Shown one piece after another: positions 39,309 through 50,410 of a DNA stretch of 64,000 nt (position 1 is its first letter; every line of letters starts with the position of its first letter). The stretch is from an uncultured virus (IMG/VR IMGVR_UViG_3300009684_000029) (Duplodnaviria > Heunggongvirae > Uroviricota > Caudoviricetes). Location of the stretch: the IMG/VR virus record IMGVR_UViG_3300009684_000029. One strand, given 5' to 3'. The notes beneath the pieces are model-generated. The model saw only the letters and a list, made by a program, of their open reading frames with translations. It did not search any database and was not told where the DNA came from. The position numbers and the translations under genes were made by a program.

Positions 39309-40526
39309 ATGATAGTAAATTTAGGAAAACATTATGTATCTGATTTTATTCAGTCAGATGCAGATTATGAAGGTAAAGAAAAATATAGTTTAGATTTAGA
39401 ATTAGATCCTATAGTCGGAGCAGCTAAATTAACTATAATGCCCCCGGCTAATACAATGTGGGGTAAGTATTGGTACAGGTCTGGTATTAATGATACTATG
39501 ACTAAAGAATTAGGTAATATTGTAAATGAAATTACGTCTAGAGTTAAATGGAATGATAATGATATTTGGTTAGATATTGCTTGTAATGATGGGACATTAT
39601 TATCTCAAGTACCTAATAACTTTGTGAAATTAGGAATTGATCCGTGCGACGATTCATATTTTGAGCAATCAAGTAAACAAGGAACAATCGTTCAAGATTA
39701 TTTTTCATATGATGCTTATGAAAAAACAGGATATGGTGATAAAAAAGCAAAAGTAATCACGACCATTGCAATGTTCTATGATCTAATAGATCCGCATCCA
39801 TTTATCAATGATGTATGTAAAGTATTAGATGATAATGGTATTTGGGTATTGCAATTATCATATACACCTTTAATGATAAAACAACTAGCTTTTGATAATA
39901 TTTGTCACGAGCATGCATATTATCATTCACTTAATTCATTTAAGAAATTATTTGAACAACATAATCTTAAAATTGTAGATTGCAGCTTAAATGATGTTAA
40001 TGGTGGTAGTTTTAGAGTATATGTACAAAAGAATGAAGCTTTAATTACTTCATTTGGAACTTCCCCGTTACGAGATGTTTGTAATTTTAGAGTTAATTCT
40101 TTATTGGAATATGAAAATACTAACTTAGATATTAGCAATGCAGATGTCTGGAAAAAGTTTATGTCTGATATTGAAGCATTAAAAGACCAAACAGTAACCT
40201 TTATTAAAAAAGAAAAAGCCAAAGGAAAAATAATCTGTGGATATGGTGCTTCTACTAAAGGAAATACATTACTTCAGTGGTTTGGATTAAATAATACATT
40301 AATTGATGCGATTGCTGAAAGATCACCTTATAAGTTTGGATTAAAGACAATTGGAACTAATATTCCTATTTTATCAGAAAAAGATGTAAGAGCTATGAAC
40401 CCGGATTATATGTTAGTTCTTCCTTGGCATTTTATTAATGAGTTTATAGAAAGAGAAAATGAGTTTTTAACTAAAGGTGGTAAGTTTATCGTGCCTTGCC
40501 CTAAATTTGAAATAATACAAAAATAA
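39309..40526 (+). CDS. NDP-sugar C-methyltransferase
   Basis: YWYRSG, LDIACNDGTLL, ICHEH, GYGASTKGN, LPWHF. Confidence 0.88.
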   Translation: MIVNLGKHYVSDFIQSDADYEGKEKYSLDLELDPIVGAAKLTIMPPANTMWGKYWYRSGINDTMTKELGNIVNEITSRVKWNDNDIWLDIACNDGTLLSQVPNNFVKLGIDPCDDSYFEQSSKQGTIVQDYFSYDAYEKTGYGDKKAKVITTIAMFYDLIDPHPFINDVCKVLDDNGIWVLQLSYTPLMIKQLAFDNICHEHAYYHSLNSFKKLFEQHNLKIVDCSLNDVNGGSFRVYVQKNEALITSFGTSPLRDVCNFRVNSLLEYENTNLDISNADVWKKFMSDIEALKDQTVTFIKKEKAKGKIICGYGASTKGNTLLQWFGLNNTLIDAIAERSPYKFGLKTIGTNIPILSEKDVRAMNPDYMLVLPWHFINEFIERENEFLTKGGKFIVPCPKFEIIQK

Positions 40527-42058
40527 TGAAAATATATTTTATTAATAGTAAAACAAAAAATTGCGGAGTCTATCAATATGGACTTAGAATTTGGGATATA
40601 ATAAAAGAATCAAAATTAGATATCAGTTATCATGAAATAGAAACATTAGAAGAGTTCTATAAACTAGATCTTAATAATGTTGATATTTTATTTTTTAATT
40701 GGATTGAAGGCGGACAAACAGGCCCATTTGGCTGGTACCAAAATTCAGTCGTTTTAGATATAAAAGAAAATTATAATCATATTAAAACAATAACCATAAT
40801 GCATACTCCAGATTTATGGACTGCTACATTTAATTATTATATTGATCAAAATCCTCTTAATAATGGATTTATAAGGCCATTATATAAATATGACTTAAAT
40901 AAACCCAAACCACAACATGATATTACTCATATTGGGTCTTTTGGATTTGCTGGCGATCATAAAGGATTTGATGATCTTGTAAAATTAGTAAATGACCAAT
41001 ATGAGGAAGCTCAAATTAATTTACATATTACTAGAGCCCATTACGGAGATGTCGACGGTATTCATCAACAAAGAATTATAGATAAAATAAATGCAATTCC
41101 TTTAAAGCCAGGAATTAAATTAAATATTACTACGAATTTTATTAATAATGATGAATTATTAGATTTTGTTTATAATAACGATATTATTATTTTAGCTTAT
41201 AGATTAGGTAGAGACCCATCAAGCTTACCTGATTATCCAATATCAGCAAATATTCCTATAGCAATAACAAATGTAGGAATGTTTAGTCATATTTATAATG
41301 AGAATATTGATATTGCTTTACATACTATACCTGAAATATTAGAATATAATAAAACATACAATTATATAGGTAAATTAAGAGAAGAATGGTCTAGAGAAAA
41401 TTTACTTGAAACGTTTGAAAGTTTAGTAATAATGATACATAATTCAATTGAAGATAAAACATACGCTCAAGTATGTCAGGATCAATTTGCATTAACATTA
41501 ATTGGTAAAAATGGTTATTTTCTAGATTTAGGAGCAGGGTGGGATCATTCAGGTATAAATAGTAATACTGTATTATTAGAAGAAAATGACTGGAGTGGTA
41601 TTTGTATAGAAGGCCATGGCCCATCCCATGCCTTAAGATTAGAAAAAGCTAAACAAGCTCTTGTGTTAAATGTTTTTATTCCTGATACGCAAATAATAGA
41701 TATACTTAAAAATAATAATGCTCCTAAAATAATTGATTATATATCAGTAGATATTGATCCAATGTCAATGATTGCATTAAATAATTTTCCGTTTGATGAA
41801 TATGAGTTTAAAGTAATGACATTTGAACATGATTCATATAGAAATGGCCCAGAACAAAAAAATCAATCACATTCTTTATTAACTGAAAAAGGTTATATAT
41901 GTTTATGTAATGACATTCAAGTACCTGAAGGTATGGGTGAGACTAATTATTTTGAAGATTGGTGGATTAATCCAAAATATTTTTCGGAAGAATTTATATC
42001 TAATAATACCTTTAATCAAAAATCTGGAAAATATATTATAGAAAACATTAAAAAATAA
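40526..42058 (+). CDS. Glycosyltransferase-like / FkbM methyltransferase fusion
   Basis: N-terminal CGVYQYG...GSFGF...KGF; C-terminal QD.F...GYFLDLGA...SNT..LE...IDYISVDID...FEHD. Confidence 0.7.
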   Translation: MKIYFINSKTKNCGVYQYGLRIWDIIKESKLDISYHEIETLEEFYKLDLNNVDILFFNWIEGGQTGPFGWYQNSVVLDIKENYNHIKTITIMHTPDLWTATFNYYIDQNPLNNGFIRPLYKYDLNKPKPQHDITHIGSFGFAGDHKGFDDLVKLVNDQYEEAQINLHITRAHYGDVDGIHQQRIIDKINAIPLKPGIKLNITTNFINNDELLDFVYNNDIIILAYRLGRDPSSLPDYPISANIPIAITNVGMFSHIYNENIDIALHTIPEILEYNKTYNYIGKLREEWSRENLLETFESLVIMIHNSIEDKTYAQVCQDQFALTLIGKNGYFLDLGAGWDHSGINSNTVLLEENDWSGICIEGHGPSHALRLEKAKQALVLNVFIPDTQIIDILKNNNAPKIIDYISVDIDPMSMIALNNFPFDEYEFKVMTFEHDSYRNGPEQKNQSHSLLTEKGYICLCNDIQVPEGMGETNYFEDWWINPKYFSEEFISNNTFNQKSGKYIIENIKK

Positions 42059-42059
42059 T

Positions 42060-42311
42060 ATGGATACAATTGGAAATTTAATTGATAAATTAACAATAGC
42101 TAATATTCGTATCTGGATGGCAGAAGATATTAAGCGCGATAAGAATGCGACAGATAAACAAATTGCAGATGCAACGAAAGTAACTAATGTCGTAAATGGA
42201 TTAAGGACTGATTTAATTCAAGAGATTGATGAGTCATTAAACGAAATGGTAAGTACTGGTAAATTACAAAAATTATATAAACAAGGATCAACAAAAATGT
42301 ATGGTAAATAA
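42060..42311 (+). CDS. DUF4254-like small helical protein
   Basis: TIGNLIDKLTI.NIRIW..ED...N..R.DLI.EID. Confidence 0.6.
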   Translation: MDTIGNLIDKLTIANIRIWMAEDIKRDKNATDKQIADATKVTNVVNGLRTDLIQEIDESLNEMVSTGKLQKLYKQGSTKMYGK

Positions 42312-43107
42312 TTTTATAATGTCTGGTAAATTGGGAGATTTTTTACATGCAATGTTTGCAGTAAAACAAATCTGCTTAACCAATAATATCAAAGCAAATA
42401 TATACATGTATGATATTGGGTGGGAGTTTGGTATACATAATACACATGCAGAGCTATCTCCTATATTTTTACAACAAGATTATGTACAGTCATTTAATAT
42501 ACTTACAGATTATGAATTAGATCCAATTCAAAGACCAGATCAAAATACTCCGATACGAATACATAATAAACAAATTTTAGAAGAGGGATATATTGATTTA
42601 GGATCTTATATAAGATCTCCATGGTTATATAAAGTATGTTGGTCTGAGTTATATAGTAAAACATTTAACTTTGAAATTCAGCAACCATATAATTGGATTA
42701 CATATAATAAAATCATTCCAGAATTATCAAATAAAATTTTAATTCAAAGAAAATATAATCCATACGTATCTAATAATAATTTTCCATATAATGATATTAT
42801 TAATCATTATGGAAAAGAAAATATATTATTTATATCATCTGCTGAAAAAGATTATAATGAATTTCCATATAAAGATGGTATTGGTTTCTTGAAGGTAACT
42901 ACTTTAGATGATTGGTTTACGTGTATTAATTCATGTAAAGAAATAATAGCAAATCTTTCTGCACCTGCCGTAATGTCTCATGCATTAGATAAACAAAGAA
43001 TAATCGAATTATCTAATATACCAGATGCTATGCATTGTATTGGAGAAGAAAAATATTCATCTAAAGTTCGTTGGTTTATTAATCATGATTTACACACTAT
43101 AATATGA
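42301..43107 (+). CDS. Glycosyltransferase-like protein (GT9-like)
   Basis: SGKLGDFLH start; I.N.SAP C-terminal motif; glycan cluster context. Confidence 0.5.
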   Translation: MVNNFIMSGKLGDFLHAMFAVKQICLTNNIKANIYMYDIGWEFGIHNTHAELSPIFLQQDYVQSFNILTDYELDPIQRPDQNTPIRIHNKQILEEGYIDLGSYIRSPWLYKVCWSELYSKTFNFEIQQPYNWITYNKIIPELSNKILIQRKYNPYVSNNNFPYNDIINHYGKENILFISSAEKDYNEFPYKDGIGFLKVTTLDDWFTCINSCKEIIANLSAPAVMSHALDKQRIIELSNIPDAMHCIGEEKYSSKVRWFINHDLHTII

Positions 43108-43934
43108 AACCAATTATAATATATACGTACGACTTTGATATGGGCATAGGCGGTATTAAAGTAATGCATAAACTATGTCATTTATTAAATGAATTTGGAT
43201 ATGAAAGTTATTTAATGCCTATTCATATACGTGATGAGTTTTTAACATACTATGATAATACGCCAATTATTACTGAAGACCTATTAAATGATATTGAAAA
43301 TTGTATTGTAATATATCCAGAAGGAGTAAAATATAATCCATTAAACTCAAAACATGTAGTTAGATGGATATTAGGGCCACCTAGAGAAGAAGATATTATT
43401 ACGTATAGTAAAGATGATATGATACTTTGGTATATGGATTATTATTATTTAGACCATGTAGGTCAAAGAGACAATCAATTATTTATTACTGAATTCCATG
43501 AAGATATATTCTTAAATCAAAATCAAACTAGATCAGGATCATCTTATTGTATACGTAAATGTAAAGACCCTAAATTTATACATCCAGAAGATTCTATTTT
43601 TATTCCATATCATGGCGGTGGAGATTTAGTAGGATTAGCAAATCTATATAATCAAACAGAAAAATTTTATTGTTATGATAATTATACTTTCTTATATGTT
43701 CAAGCAGCAATGTGTGGGTGTGTAAGTATAGTAGTTCCAGATGGTACCAAAACTAAAGAAGAATGGTTAATTGGCTCTAGATTAAACCAATATGGTATAG
43801 CTTATGGAGAAAATGATATTCCAAGAGCAATTGAAACATTACCATTACTTTATAAAGAAATAGAAAAAATTAATTTGGAAATACAAGACCAAATTATTAT
43901 ATTCATAAATAAATGCAAAGATAAATTTAAATGA
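43104..43934 (+). CDS. WavQ-like glycosyltransferase
   Basis: GGIKVMHKLCH.L, IVIYPE...NPL....VVRWIL, YD.YTF...AA.CGC. Confidence 0.65.
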   Translation: MKPIIIYTYDFDMGIGGIKVMHKLCHLLNEFGYESYLMPIHIRDEFLTYYDNTPIITEDLLNDIENCIVIYPEGVKYNPLNSKHVVRWILGPPREEDIITYSKDDMILWYMDYYYLDHVGQRDNQLFITEFHEDIFLNQNQTRSGSSYCIRKCKDPKFIHPEDSIFIPYHGGGDLVGLANLYNQTEKFYCYDNYTFLYVQAAMCGCVSIVVPDGTKTKEEWLIGSRLNQYGIAYGENDIPRAIETLPLLYKEIEKINLEIQDQIIIFINKCKDKFK

Positions 43935-44878
43935 AAGTAGTATATATAACAGGATGTTTAGGATTTATAGGATCTTATCTTACAAGAAAATGTTTAGAAT
44001 TGGGCTGGTATGTTAAAGGTGTTGATAAAATGACCTATGCAGCTAATAAAACTTTACTAGACGAATTTAAATCATATGATAATTTTTCTTTTGTTCATTG
44101 CGATATTAATGATTTAAAATTTTTATATGACTGCGATTATGTAATTAATACAGCCGCCGAAACCCATGTCGGTAATTCTATATCAAATTCTGATGAGTTT
44201 GTTTCTTCGAATGTTAATGGTGTACATAATTTATTAGAGTTAATTAGAAACCATCGCGGTGAACATAGCGAAAAGCCAATATTTATTCATTTTAGTACTG
44301 ATGAAGTATATGGAGATATAGATAATGGAGCTCATATAGAAGAAGATTTATTAAAACCAAGTAACCCATATTCGGCAACAAAGGCAGCAGCTGATATGCT
44401 TGTGTTAGCTTGGGCAAGAACATATAATCTTCCTTATATAATTGTCCGTCCTACAAATAACTATGGAATTGGACAATATGTAGAAAAACTAATACCTAAG
44501 TCTTGTAAATATTTAAAGTTAGATAAAAGTATTCCATTACATAATAATGGTGATCCAATTCGAAACTGGTTACATGCTAAAGATACCGCAGAAGCTGTTA
44601 TAACAATTATTAATTCTAATGTTAAAAATGAAATTTATAATATTTGTGGTGGGTTTGAACAAAGTAATAAAGTAACAACAGAAAAAATAATTAAAGAATA
44701 TTTTGGAAATACACCTTATTCTTCTTATATTAATACTAACTATAAAAGACAAGGCCAAGATGTAAGATATGCTTTAGATGATTCTAAACTAAGATCATTA
44801 GGATGGGAACCTAAAGCAGTATTTGATAAAGAATTAAAAGATATTGTAGAATATTATAAAAATAAATTTATATGGTAA
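43931..44878 (+). CDS. rmlB: dTDP-glucose 4,6-dehydratase-like
   Basis: TG.LGFIGS, DKMTYAA, AAETHV, STDEVYG, PYSATKA, EKLIP, R.GQD.RY. Confidence 0.9.
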   Translation: MKVVYITGCLGFIGSYLTRKCLELGWYVKGVDKMTYAANKTLLDEFKSYDNFSFVHCDINDLKFLYDCDYVINTAAETHVGNSISNSDEFVSSNVNGVHNLLELIRNHRGEHSEKPIFIHFSTDEVYGDIDNGAHIEEDLLKPSNPYSATKAAADMLVLAWARTYNLPYIIVRPTNNYGIGQYVEKLIPKSCKYLKLDKSIPLHNNGDPIRNWLHAKDTAEAVITIINSNVKNEIYNICGGFEQSNKVTTEKIIKEYFGNTPYSSYINTNYKRQGQDVRYALDDSKLRSLGWEPKAVFDKELKDIVEYYKNKFIW

Positions 44879-46650
44879 ATATACGTGTTGCAGATTATGT
44901 TGTTCAATTTTTAGAAAGCAAAGGCATTAAGCATGCTTTCACTGTTACTGGTGGAGGTGCTATGTTTTTAAATGATGCATTTGCCTTATCTAAAAAAATA
45001 AAAGGTATTTTTAACCACCATGAACAGGCCTGTGCAATGGCTGCAGTTGGATATTCTAAGATTACTAATGAAGTGGCTGTTGTTGTTCCTACAACCGGGT
45101 GTGGCGGAACAAATACAATTACCGGTATACTTGATGCTTGGCAAGACAGCAATAAAGTTTTTGTAGTTTCAGGTAATGTTAATAAAAAAGAAACGACTTA
45201 TTGTTCTAATATACCTTTGCGTAAGTTTGGTGTGCAAGAAGCTAATATTGTAGAAATAGTTAAACCAATTACTAAGTATGCTATAATGGTAACAGATCCT
45301 AATACTATTGCATATGAATTGGAAAAAGCCTATCATTTATGTGAATCTGGAAGACCTGGTCCAGTTTGGATAGATATTCCTTTAGATGTACAAGGTAGTT
45401 ATATTGATATATCCAAGTTAGAACATTTTTATATACCTGAAGAATCAAACCAAATAATAGACTATTCAATTTTGGAGGATTACTTAAAAAAATCAGAAAG
45501 ACCGATCATAATAGCCGGATATGGTATACAATTATCTAACACAAGAGAAGAATTTATTCACTTTATAGAAAAATACAATATACCAGTTGCTTTTACATAT
45601 CTTGGTATAGATTTCCTACCTTCTACACATCCTCTATATGTCGGTCGTTTAGGCACAAAAGGTGATAGGGCAGGAAATTTTGCGGTACAGAATAGCGACT
45701 TGGTTATATCTTTAGGAAGTAGCCTAAGCGTATCAGTAACAGGATTTAGATATGAAACCTTTGCGAGAGAAGCTAAAAAAATTGTTATTGATATCGATCC
45801 AAATGAACATAGCAAGAATACTATTAATATTGATCACAAATTTATTACCGATTTAAAGTATTTCTTTAAAGATATTAGAGATTTAAATTACAAATGCAAT
45901 TCAACTTGGGTTGATAAATGTATATCTTGGAGAAATGAATGGCCTGTATTTAATGATACGTATACGGATGTGTCGAATGGTATTAACATATATTATTTTT
46001 TAGAAATGTTATCTAAATACAATAAAAGTGATGCAATTACAGTCAGCGATGCAGGATCTGCATACTATACAACATCTCAAGCTTTAAAAATAAGAGACAA
46101 ACAAAAGTATATAACTTCAGGCGCACAGGCCGATATGGGATTTACCTTACCAGCAACTATAGGTGTTACTGTTGGCTCTGATAGTAAAAACATTATAGGT
46201 ATTACTGGCGATGGCTCATTTCAAATGAACATACAAGAGCTTCAAACAATTAAAAATTTTAATTTACCAATTAAAATCTTCGTATTAAATAATGGTGGAT
46301 ATCTTTCTATAAGAAATACAATGGATAAATTTTTTGAAAGTAGATATTATGGCACGGATGTTAATTCTGGATTAGGGCTACCAGAAGTAAGTAACATTGC
46401 TAATGCTTATAGTATACCTTATTTTAAGATTGAAACTAAAGAAGATGTTGAGGTTAAATTAAAAGATATTCTCAATTCAGATGGTTATTGTTTGGTTGAA
46501 GTAATATGTCCTTTTAAGCAAGATATATTACCATCATCTTCTACTAAAAAAATGGAAGATGGAAAGTTGTTATCACAACCTTTAGAAAATATGTTTCCAT
46601 TTCTAAGTGAAGAAGAATTTAAAAAACAAATGATAATAAAACCTTTATAA
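44872..46650 (+). CDS. ThDP-dependent acetolactate-synthase-like enzyme (YerE-like)
   Basis: HHEQAC.MAA, GRPGPVW.DIP, GDGSFQMN...LNNGGY; sugar cluster context. Confidence 0.85.
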   Translation: MVNIRVADYVVQFLESKGIKHAFTVTGGGAMFLNDAFALSKKIKGIFNHHEQACAMAAVGYSKITNEVAVVVPTTGCGGTNTITGILDAWQDSNKVFVVSGNVNKKETTYCSNIPLRKFGVQEANIVEIVKPITKYAIMVTDPNTIAYELEKAYHLCESGRPGPVWIDIPLDVQGSYIDISKLEHFYIPEESNQIIDYSILEDYLKKSERPIIIAGYGIQLSNTREEFIHFIEKYNIPVAFTYLGIDFLPSTHPLYVGRLGTKGDRAGNFAVQNSDLVISLGSSLSVSVTGFRYETFAREAKKIVIDIDPNEHSKNTINIDHKFITDLKYFFKDIRDLNYKCNSTWVDKCISWRNEWPVFNDTYTDVSNGINIYYFLEMLSKYNKSDAITVSDAGSAYYTTSQALKIRDKQKYITSGAQADMGFTLPATIGVTVGSDSKNIIGITGDGSFQMNIQELQTIKNFNLPIKIFVLNNGGYLSIRNTMDKFFESRYYGTDVNSGLGLPEVSNIANAYSIPYFKIETKEDVEVKLKDILNSDGYCLVEVICPFKQDILPSSSTKKMEDGKLLSQPLENMFPFLSEEEFKKQMIIKPL

Positions 46651-46651
46651 T

Positions 46652-47581
46652 ATGAAAAAAAATATTTTAAACTTTCAAAAAATGAAAGAAAATGCTGAAC
46701 CAATAACATGGATTACGGCATACAGTTATCCTATGGCTGAGGCAGCTGAGAAAGCTGGTATTGATATGATTTTAGTAGGAGATTCTGGAGGAATGGTGGA
46801 ATTGGGTTATGAAACTACAAACCCCGTTACAATGGATGAAATGATTCAACTAGCAAAAGCTGCCAGAAAAGGCGCTCCTAATACATTTATTGTAGGAGAT
46901 ATGCCTCAAGGATCTTATGAAATCTCAGATGAAGAAGCAGTTAGAAATGCTATGAGGTTTGTAAAAGAAGCTGGATGTGATGCTATTAAACTAGAAGGCG
47001 GTAATAGGGTGGCTAACAGAATAGCTGCTATTAATAATGCTGGTATAATTGTTGTCGGTCATTTAGGATTAACGCCGCAATCAACAGCTGCCTTTGGAGG
47101 TTATAAAGTTCAAGGAAAAACTATTAAAAGTTTTGAAGAAACTATACAAGATGCATATGCAGTACAGAAGGCAGGCGCGACTTTATTATTACTAGAAGCA
47201 ATGCCAGCTAAATCAGCTGAGCAAGTAGCCAAGCAACTTAACATCCCAGTCTTAGGAATTGGAGCAGGTCATTTGGTTGATGGTCAACTTATTATTATGC
47301 ATGATTTATTAGGATTTTATTCTAAGTTTAGGCCATGGTTTGCAAAATGTTATATCCCTCAAGTTATATCGAAGTATAGCAATAACTTATTATCTCAAGA
47401 AGATTTAAAGAAATTTGGTACAGAAACCCGAGAAGATGGGTTAGGTTCATTAGTATATTTAGCTATCAAAGAATATGTTAATGAAGTAAAATCTAGAATG
47501 TATCCATCTGCAGATTACATTTACCCTATTAAAGATATAGAATTAGCATCTATCATAAAATCTCACCATTGGATTATATGA
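46652..47581 (+). CDS. panB: Ketopantoate hydroxymethyltransferase-like protein
   Basis: TAY, LVGDS.G, VGDMP.GSY, KLEGG, GHLGLTPQ, GIGAG..DGQ. Confidence 0.92.
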   Translation: MKKNILNFQKMKENAEPITWITAYSYPMAEAAEKAGIDMILVGDSGGMVELGYETTNPVTMDEMIQLAKAARKGAPNTFIVGDMPQGSYEISDEEAVRNAMRFVKEAGCDAIKLEGGNRVANRIAAINNAGIIVVGHLGLTPQSTAAFGGYKVQGKTIKSFEETIQDAYAVQKAGATLLLLEAMPAKSAEQVAKQLNIPVLGIGAGHLVDGQLIIMHDLLGFYSKFRPWFAKCYIPQVISKYSNNLLSQEDLKKFGTETREDGLGSLVYLAIKEYVNEVKSRMYPSADYIYPIKDIELASIIKSHHWII

Positions 47582-48351
47582 AAATATTAATAACTGGCGG
47601 TAACGGTTATATAGCAAAGGGCTTATATAACAATTTAAAGGATATACATAATATTACTTTATTAACAAGACAAGAATGTGACTTAACAAATTTTCATGCA
47701 GTTAATTCTTATTTTCATGATAAGTATTTTGATGTACTTATTCATTGTGCCGTAGATGGTGGTAGCAGATTAAAAGAAGACTCAGTTGATGTATTAGATA
47801 ATAATCTTCGTATGTATTACAATCTTCTTTCTAAAAGAATTCATTATGATAAATTTATTCATTTTGGGTCCGGTGCTCAGTTTCGGTCTGAACCTGGACC
47901 ATATGGTATAAGTAAATCCATTATCGCCGATTCGATGATCAATAAAGATCAATTTTATAATATCATTATATATGCTATCTTTGATGAAAATGAATTAGAT
48001 ACGCGTTTTATAAAAGCTAATATAAAAAAATATATTAATAAAGAATCAATGATCGTTCATAATAATAAGAAAATGACATTTTTTTATATGAAAGATTTGG
48101 TTAAGTTAATTGAATATATTATGTTAGAGAACCCAAGTAAACTAATAAAGAATCATTATGCTGCGTATGTAAATGAATATTCATTAAAGGATATTGCAGA
48201 GTATATTAATACTTTAGGAGATTATAAAGTGCCAATTTTAATAGGAACTGAGTCAGGAGAAGATTATGAATCTAAATATAATGCGCCTTACGGATTAGAT
48301 TATATTGGATTAAAGCGGGGTATCTTAGAAACATATAATAAATTGAAATGA
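47569..48351 (+). CDS. NAD-dependent epimerase/reductase
   Basis: ITGGNGYIA, FGSGA, YGISK (start may be ATG 47578). Confidence 0.85.
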   Translation: MDYMKILITGGNGYIAKGLYNNLKDIHNITLLTRQECDLTNFHAVNSYFHDKYFDVLIHCAVDGGSRLKEDSVDVLDNNLRMYYNLLSKRIHYDKFIHFGSGAQFRSEPGPYGISKSIIADSMINKDQFYNIIIYAIFDENELDTRFIKANIKKYINKESMIVHNNKKMTFFYMKDLVKLIEYIMLENPSKLIKNHYAAYVNEYSLKDIAEYINTLGDYKVPILIGTESGEDYESKYNAPYGLDYIGLKRGILETYNKLK

Positions 48352-49256
48352 ATATAACAATTACATATCATATAATGCCATGGGAAATAGATTATGTTCT
48401 ATTAACCTTTCAACAACTTAAAAAGTCTAAGTATTATTTACCTGAAGATGTAAATATTACTATCAATTCAGCTTTAAATTTATCTTCATTCTTAATTAAT
48501 TGGGAAGAATCAAAACTACCAAAAGAATATTTTATTGAGAAATATAAAACATTATCAATACTTTTAAAAGACTATAATCATATTCCATTTATATATGAAG
48601 GAACTGAAATATGGGGTCATTTAGATTTGCAACGAGATGTTATAGTAAATAAATCTGACTACTATATTAGTGTATGTCCTGATATGTATTTTAGTAAATA
48701 TTTATTATCATACTTAGCTCAGGCTGCGAAAGAAATTAAAAATAAATACTTTGTTCTTACTCCTCAAATTTGTCGTATGTGGGATGAATCTTGGGAAATA
48801 TTAACCCATGATAAATATAAAATAGGCCCGCATTATGGATGGGAGAAAACTGTTGACATTTATGATGTAGATAATTTTTTACATACTTCAAATGAAGAAA
48901 TATCTATAACTCCTATTAATCAAAATAAATGGGCTGGTTGGTTTGATTTATATAATAAAGATTTTTATGAGGATTTAGTAAGAATACCCGATGAATGGAA
49001 AGGTTATGGAGGATGGGATTATTATGGATTAATTATTAGCCACTACGCTAAACAAAAAGGATATGACTTTCAGCAATATCGATTAGACGGTCAAGTTATA
49101 TTTGAGTATTCGGTAGGCCCTTTAAACACTGACGATGTACAAGGATTTACTAACTATTATAAAAAGTTTCTCGTAAAAAGAGATGTATCTGAGCAAAGAG
49201 AATTTTTTAATTCGAGAATAAATCATTATATTGAAGAAAAAATAAAGACATTATGA
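48348..49256 (+). CDS. Putative GT-A glycosyltransferase
   Basis: CPDMYF, WD.SW, GYGGWD. Confidence 0.6.
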   Translation: MNITITYHIMPWEIDYVLLTFQQLKKSKYYLPEDVNITINSALNLSSFLINWEESKLPKEYFIEKYKTLSILLKDYNHIPFIYEGTEIWGHLDLQRDVIVNKSDYYISVCPDMYFSKYLLSYLAQAAKEIKNKYFVLTPQICRMWDESWEILTHDKYKIGPHYGWEKTVDIYDVDNFLHTSNEEISITPINQNKWAGWFDLYNKDFYEDLVRIPDEWKGYGGWDYYGLIISHYAKQKGYDFQQYRLDGQVIFEYSVGPLNTDDVQGFTNYYKKFLVKRDVSEQREFFNSRINHYIEEKIKTL

Positions 49257-50398
49257 ACATATCATTAATATTAGGTATAAAGAATAACTTAGAATATACT
49301 AAGCACTTTTATACTACAACAAGACAATTATATCCCAATATAGAAATATGCTTTGCAAGTTATGCGTCTATCGATGGGACTGACGAATGGTTAGATTCTT
49401 TAAAGGATGAGAATGTTAAGTCATTTTATTCTTCAGAAACTAAAACATTCTCAGATACTTTTAATAAAGCTGCTGAATTAGCTACTAAAGATTATGTTAT
49501 GTTTATGCATAATGATATTGTATTAGCGCCTAACTTTTTTGAAAATATTGAAAAGCATTTAAATAAAGATTCTATTATTTCATATACAACAATCGAACCT
49601 CCTATTTTTGCAGGACATGAAAGACCAGGAAAGATAATTAAAGACTTTGGATCTGATATTCAATCTTTCCGTTTAAATGAAATGTATAATTTTACAAAAT
49701 TAGCTCAAGAAGAATATAAAGATAAAACAGAATCAGGCATTACATTCTTTTCATGCATACCCAGAAAGACATATTTAGAGATGGGTGGTTTAGATAGATT
49801 ATATAATCCTATGTTTTGTGAAGATGATGATTTAATTCTTAGATTTAAATTGCTAGGATTAAAATTATTTACTTCTTTAGATTCTATTTGCTATCATTTT
49901 GTTAGTAAGACAAGTAGATTCTCTGAAGAATATCAACAACGTACTCAGCAAATCGAATATCAATCAAATAAAAACTTTATTCGTAAATGGGGCTTTAGAA
50001 ACTCAATTCACAATAAAAAATATAATATAGCATTTTCTATTACAAATTGCACGTCCCAAATATTAGAATTTTTAGAACCTTGGTGCGACAGAATTTATAT
50101 TGATGATGAAATGGGAGTTTTGAAGTCTCATTATATAGATAAAGAGCAACTTAATACAAAATATGACTTACTTCAACGTATAATGACTATAGGATATAAT
50201 GATGCATTAAGTGAAAATGATATCATTGTAGAGTTTGATGCAAAGAACTTTAATCAAGAATCTTTTAATATAATTCAAAACTTATCTGACATCATTGCAG
50301 AAACGGCAGAAGTAGGTCAGTTTGAATTAGATTGCTTCAAAATTACAATTAATAGTATTGAGGATTATTCTAATAATCTTATACATATAATTAAATAA
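49253..50398 (+). CDS. GT2 glycosyltransferase
   Basis: S.DGT, FMHNDI, GG.D......EDDD...R, YHFVS. Confidence 0.88.
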   Translation: MNISLILGIKNNLEYTKHFYTTTRQLYPNIEICFASYASIDGTDEWLDSLKDENVKSFYSSETKTFSDTFNKAAELATKDYVMFMHNDIVLAPNFFENIEKHLNKDSIISYTTIEPPIFAGHERPGKIIKDFGSDIQSFRLNEMYNFTKLAQEEYKDKTESGITFFSCIPRKTYLEMGGLDRLYNPMFCEDDDLILRFKLLGLKLFTSLDSICYHFVSKTSRFSEEYQQRTQQIEYQSNKNFIRKWGFRNSIHNKKYNIAFSITNCTSQILEFLEPWCDRIYIDDEMGVLKSHYIDKEQLNTKYDLLQRIMTIGYNDALSENDIIVEFDAKNFNQESFNIIQNLSDIIAETAEVGQFELDCFKITINSIEDYSNNLIHIIK

Positions 50399-50410
50399 TG
50401 AAAAATATCT

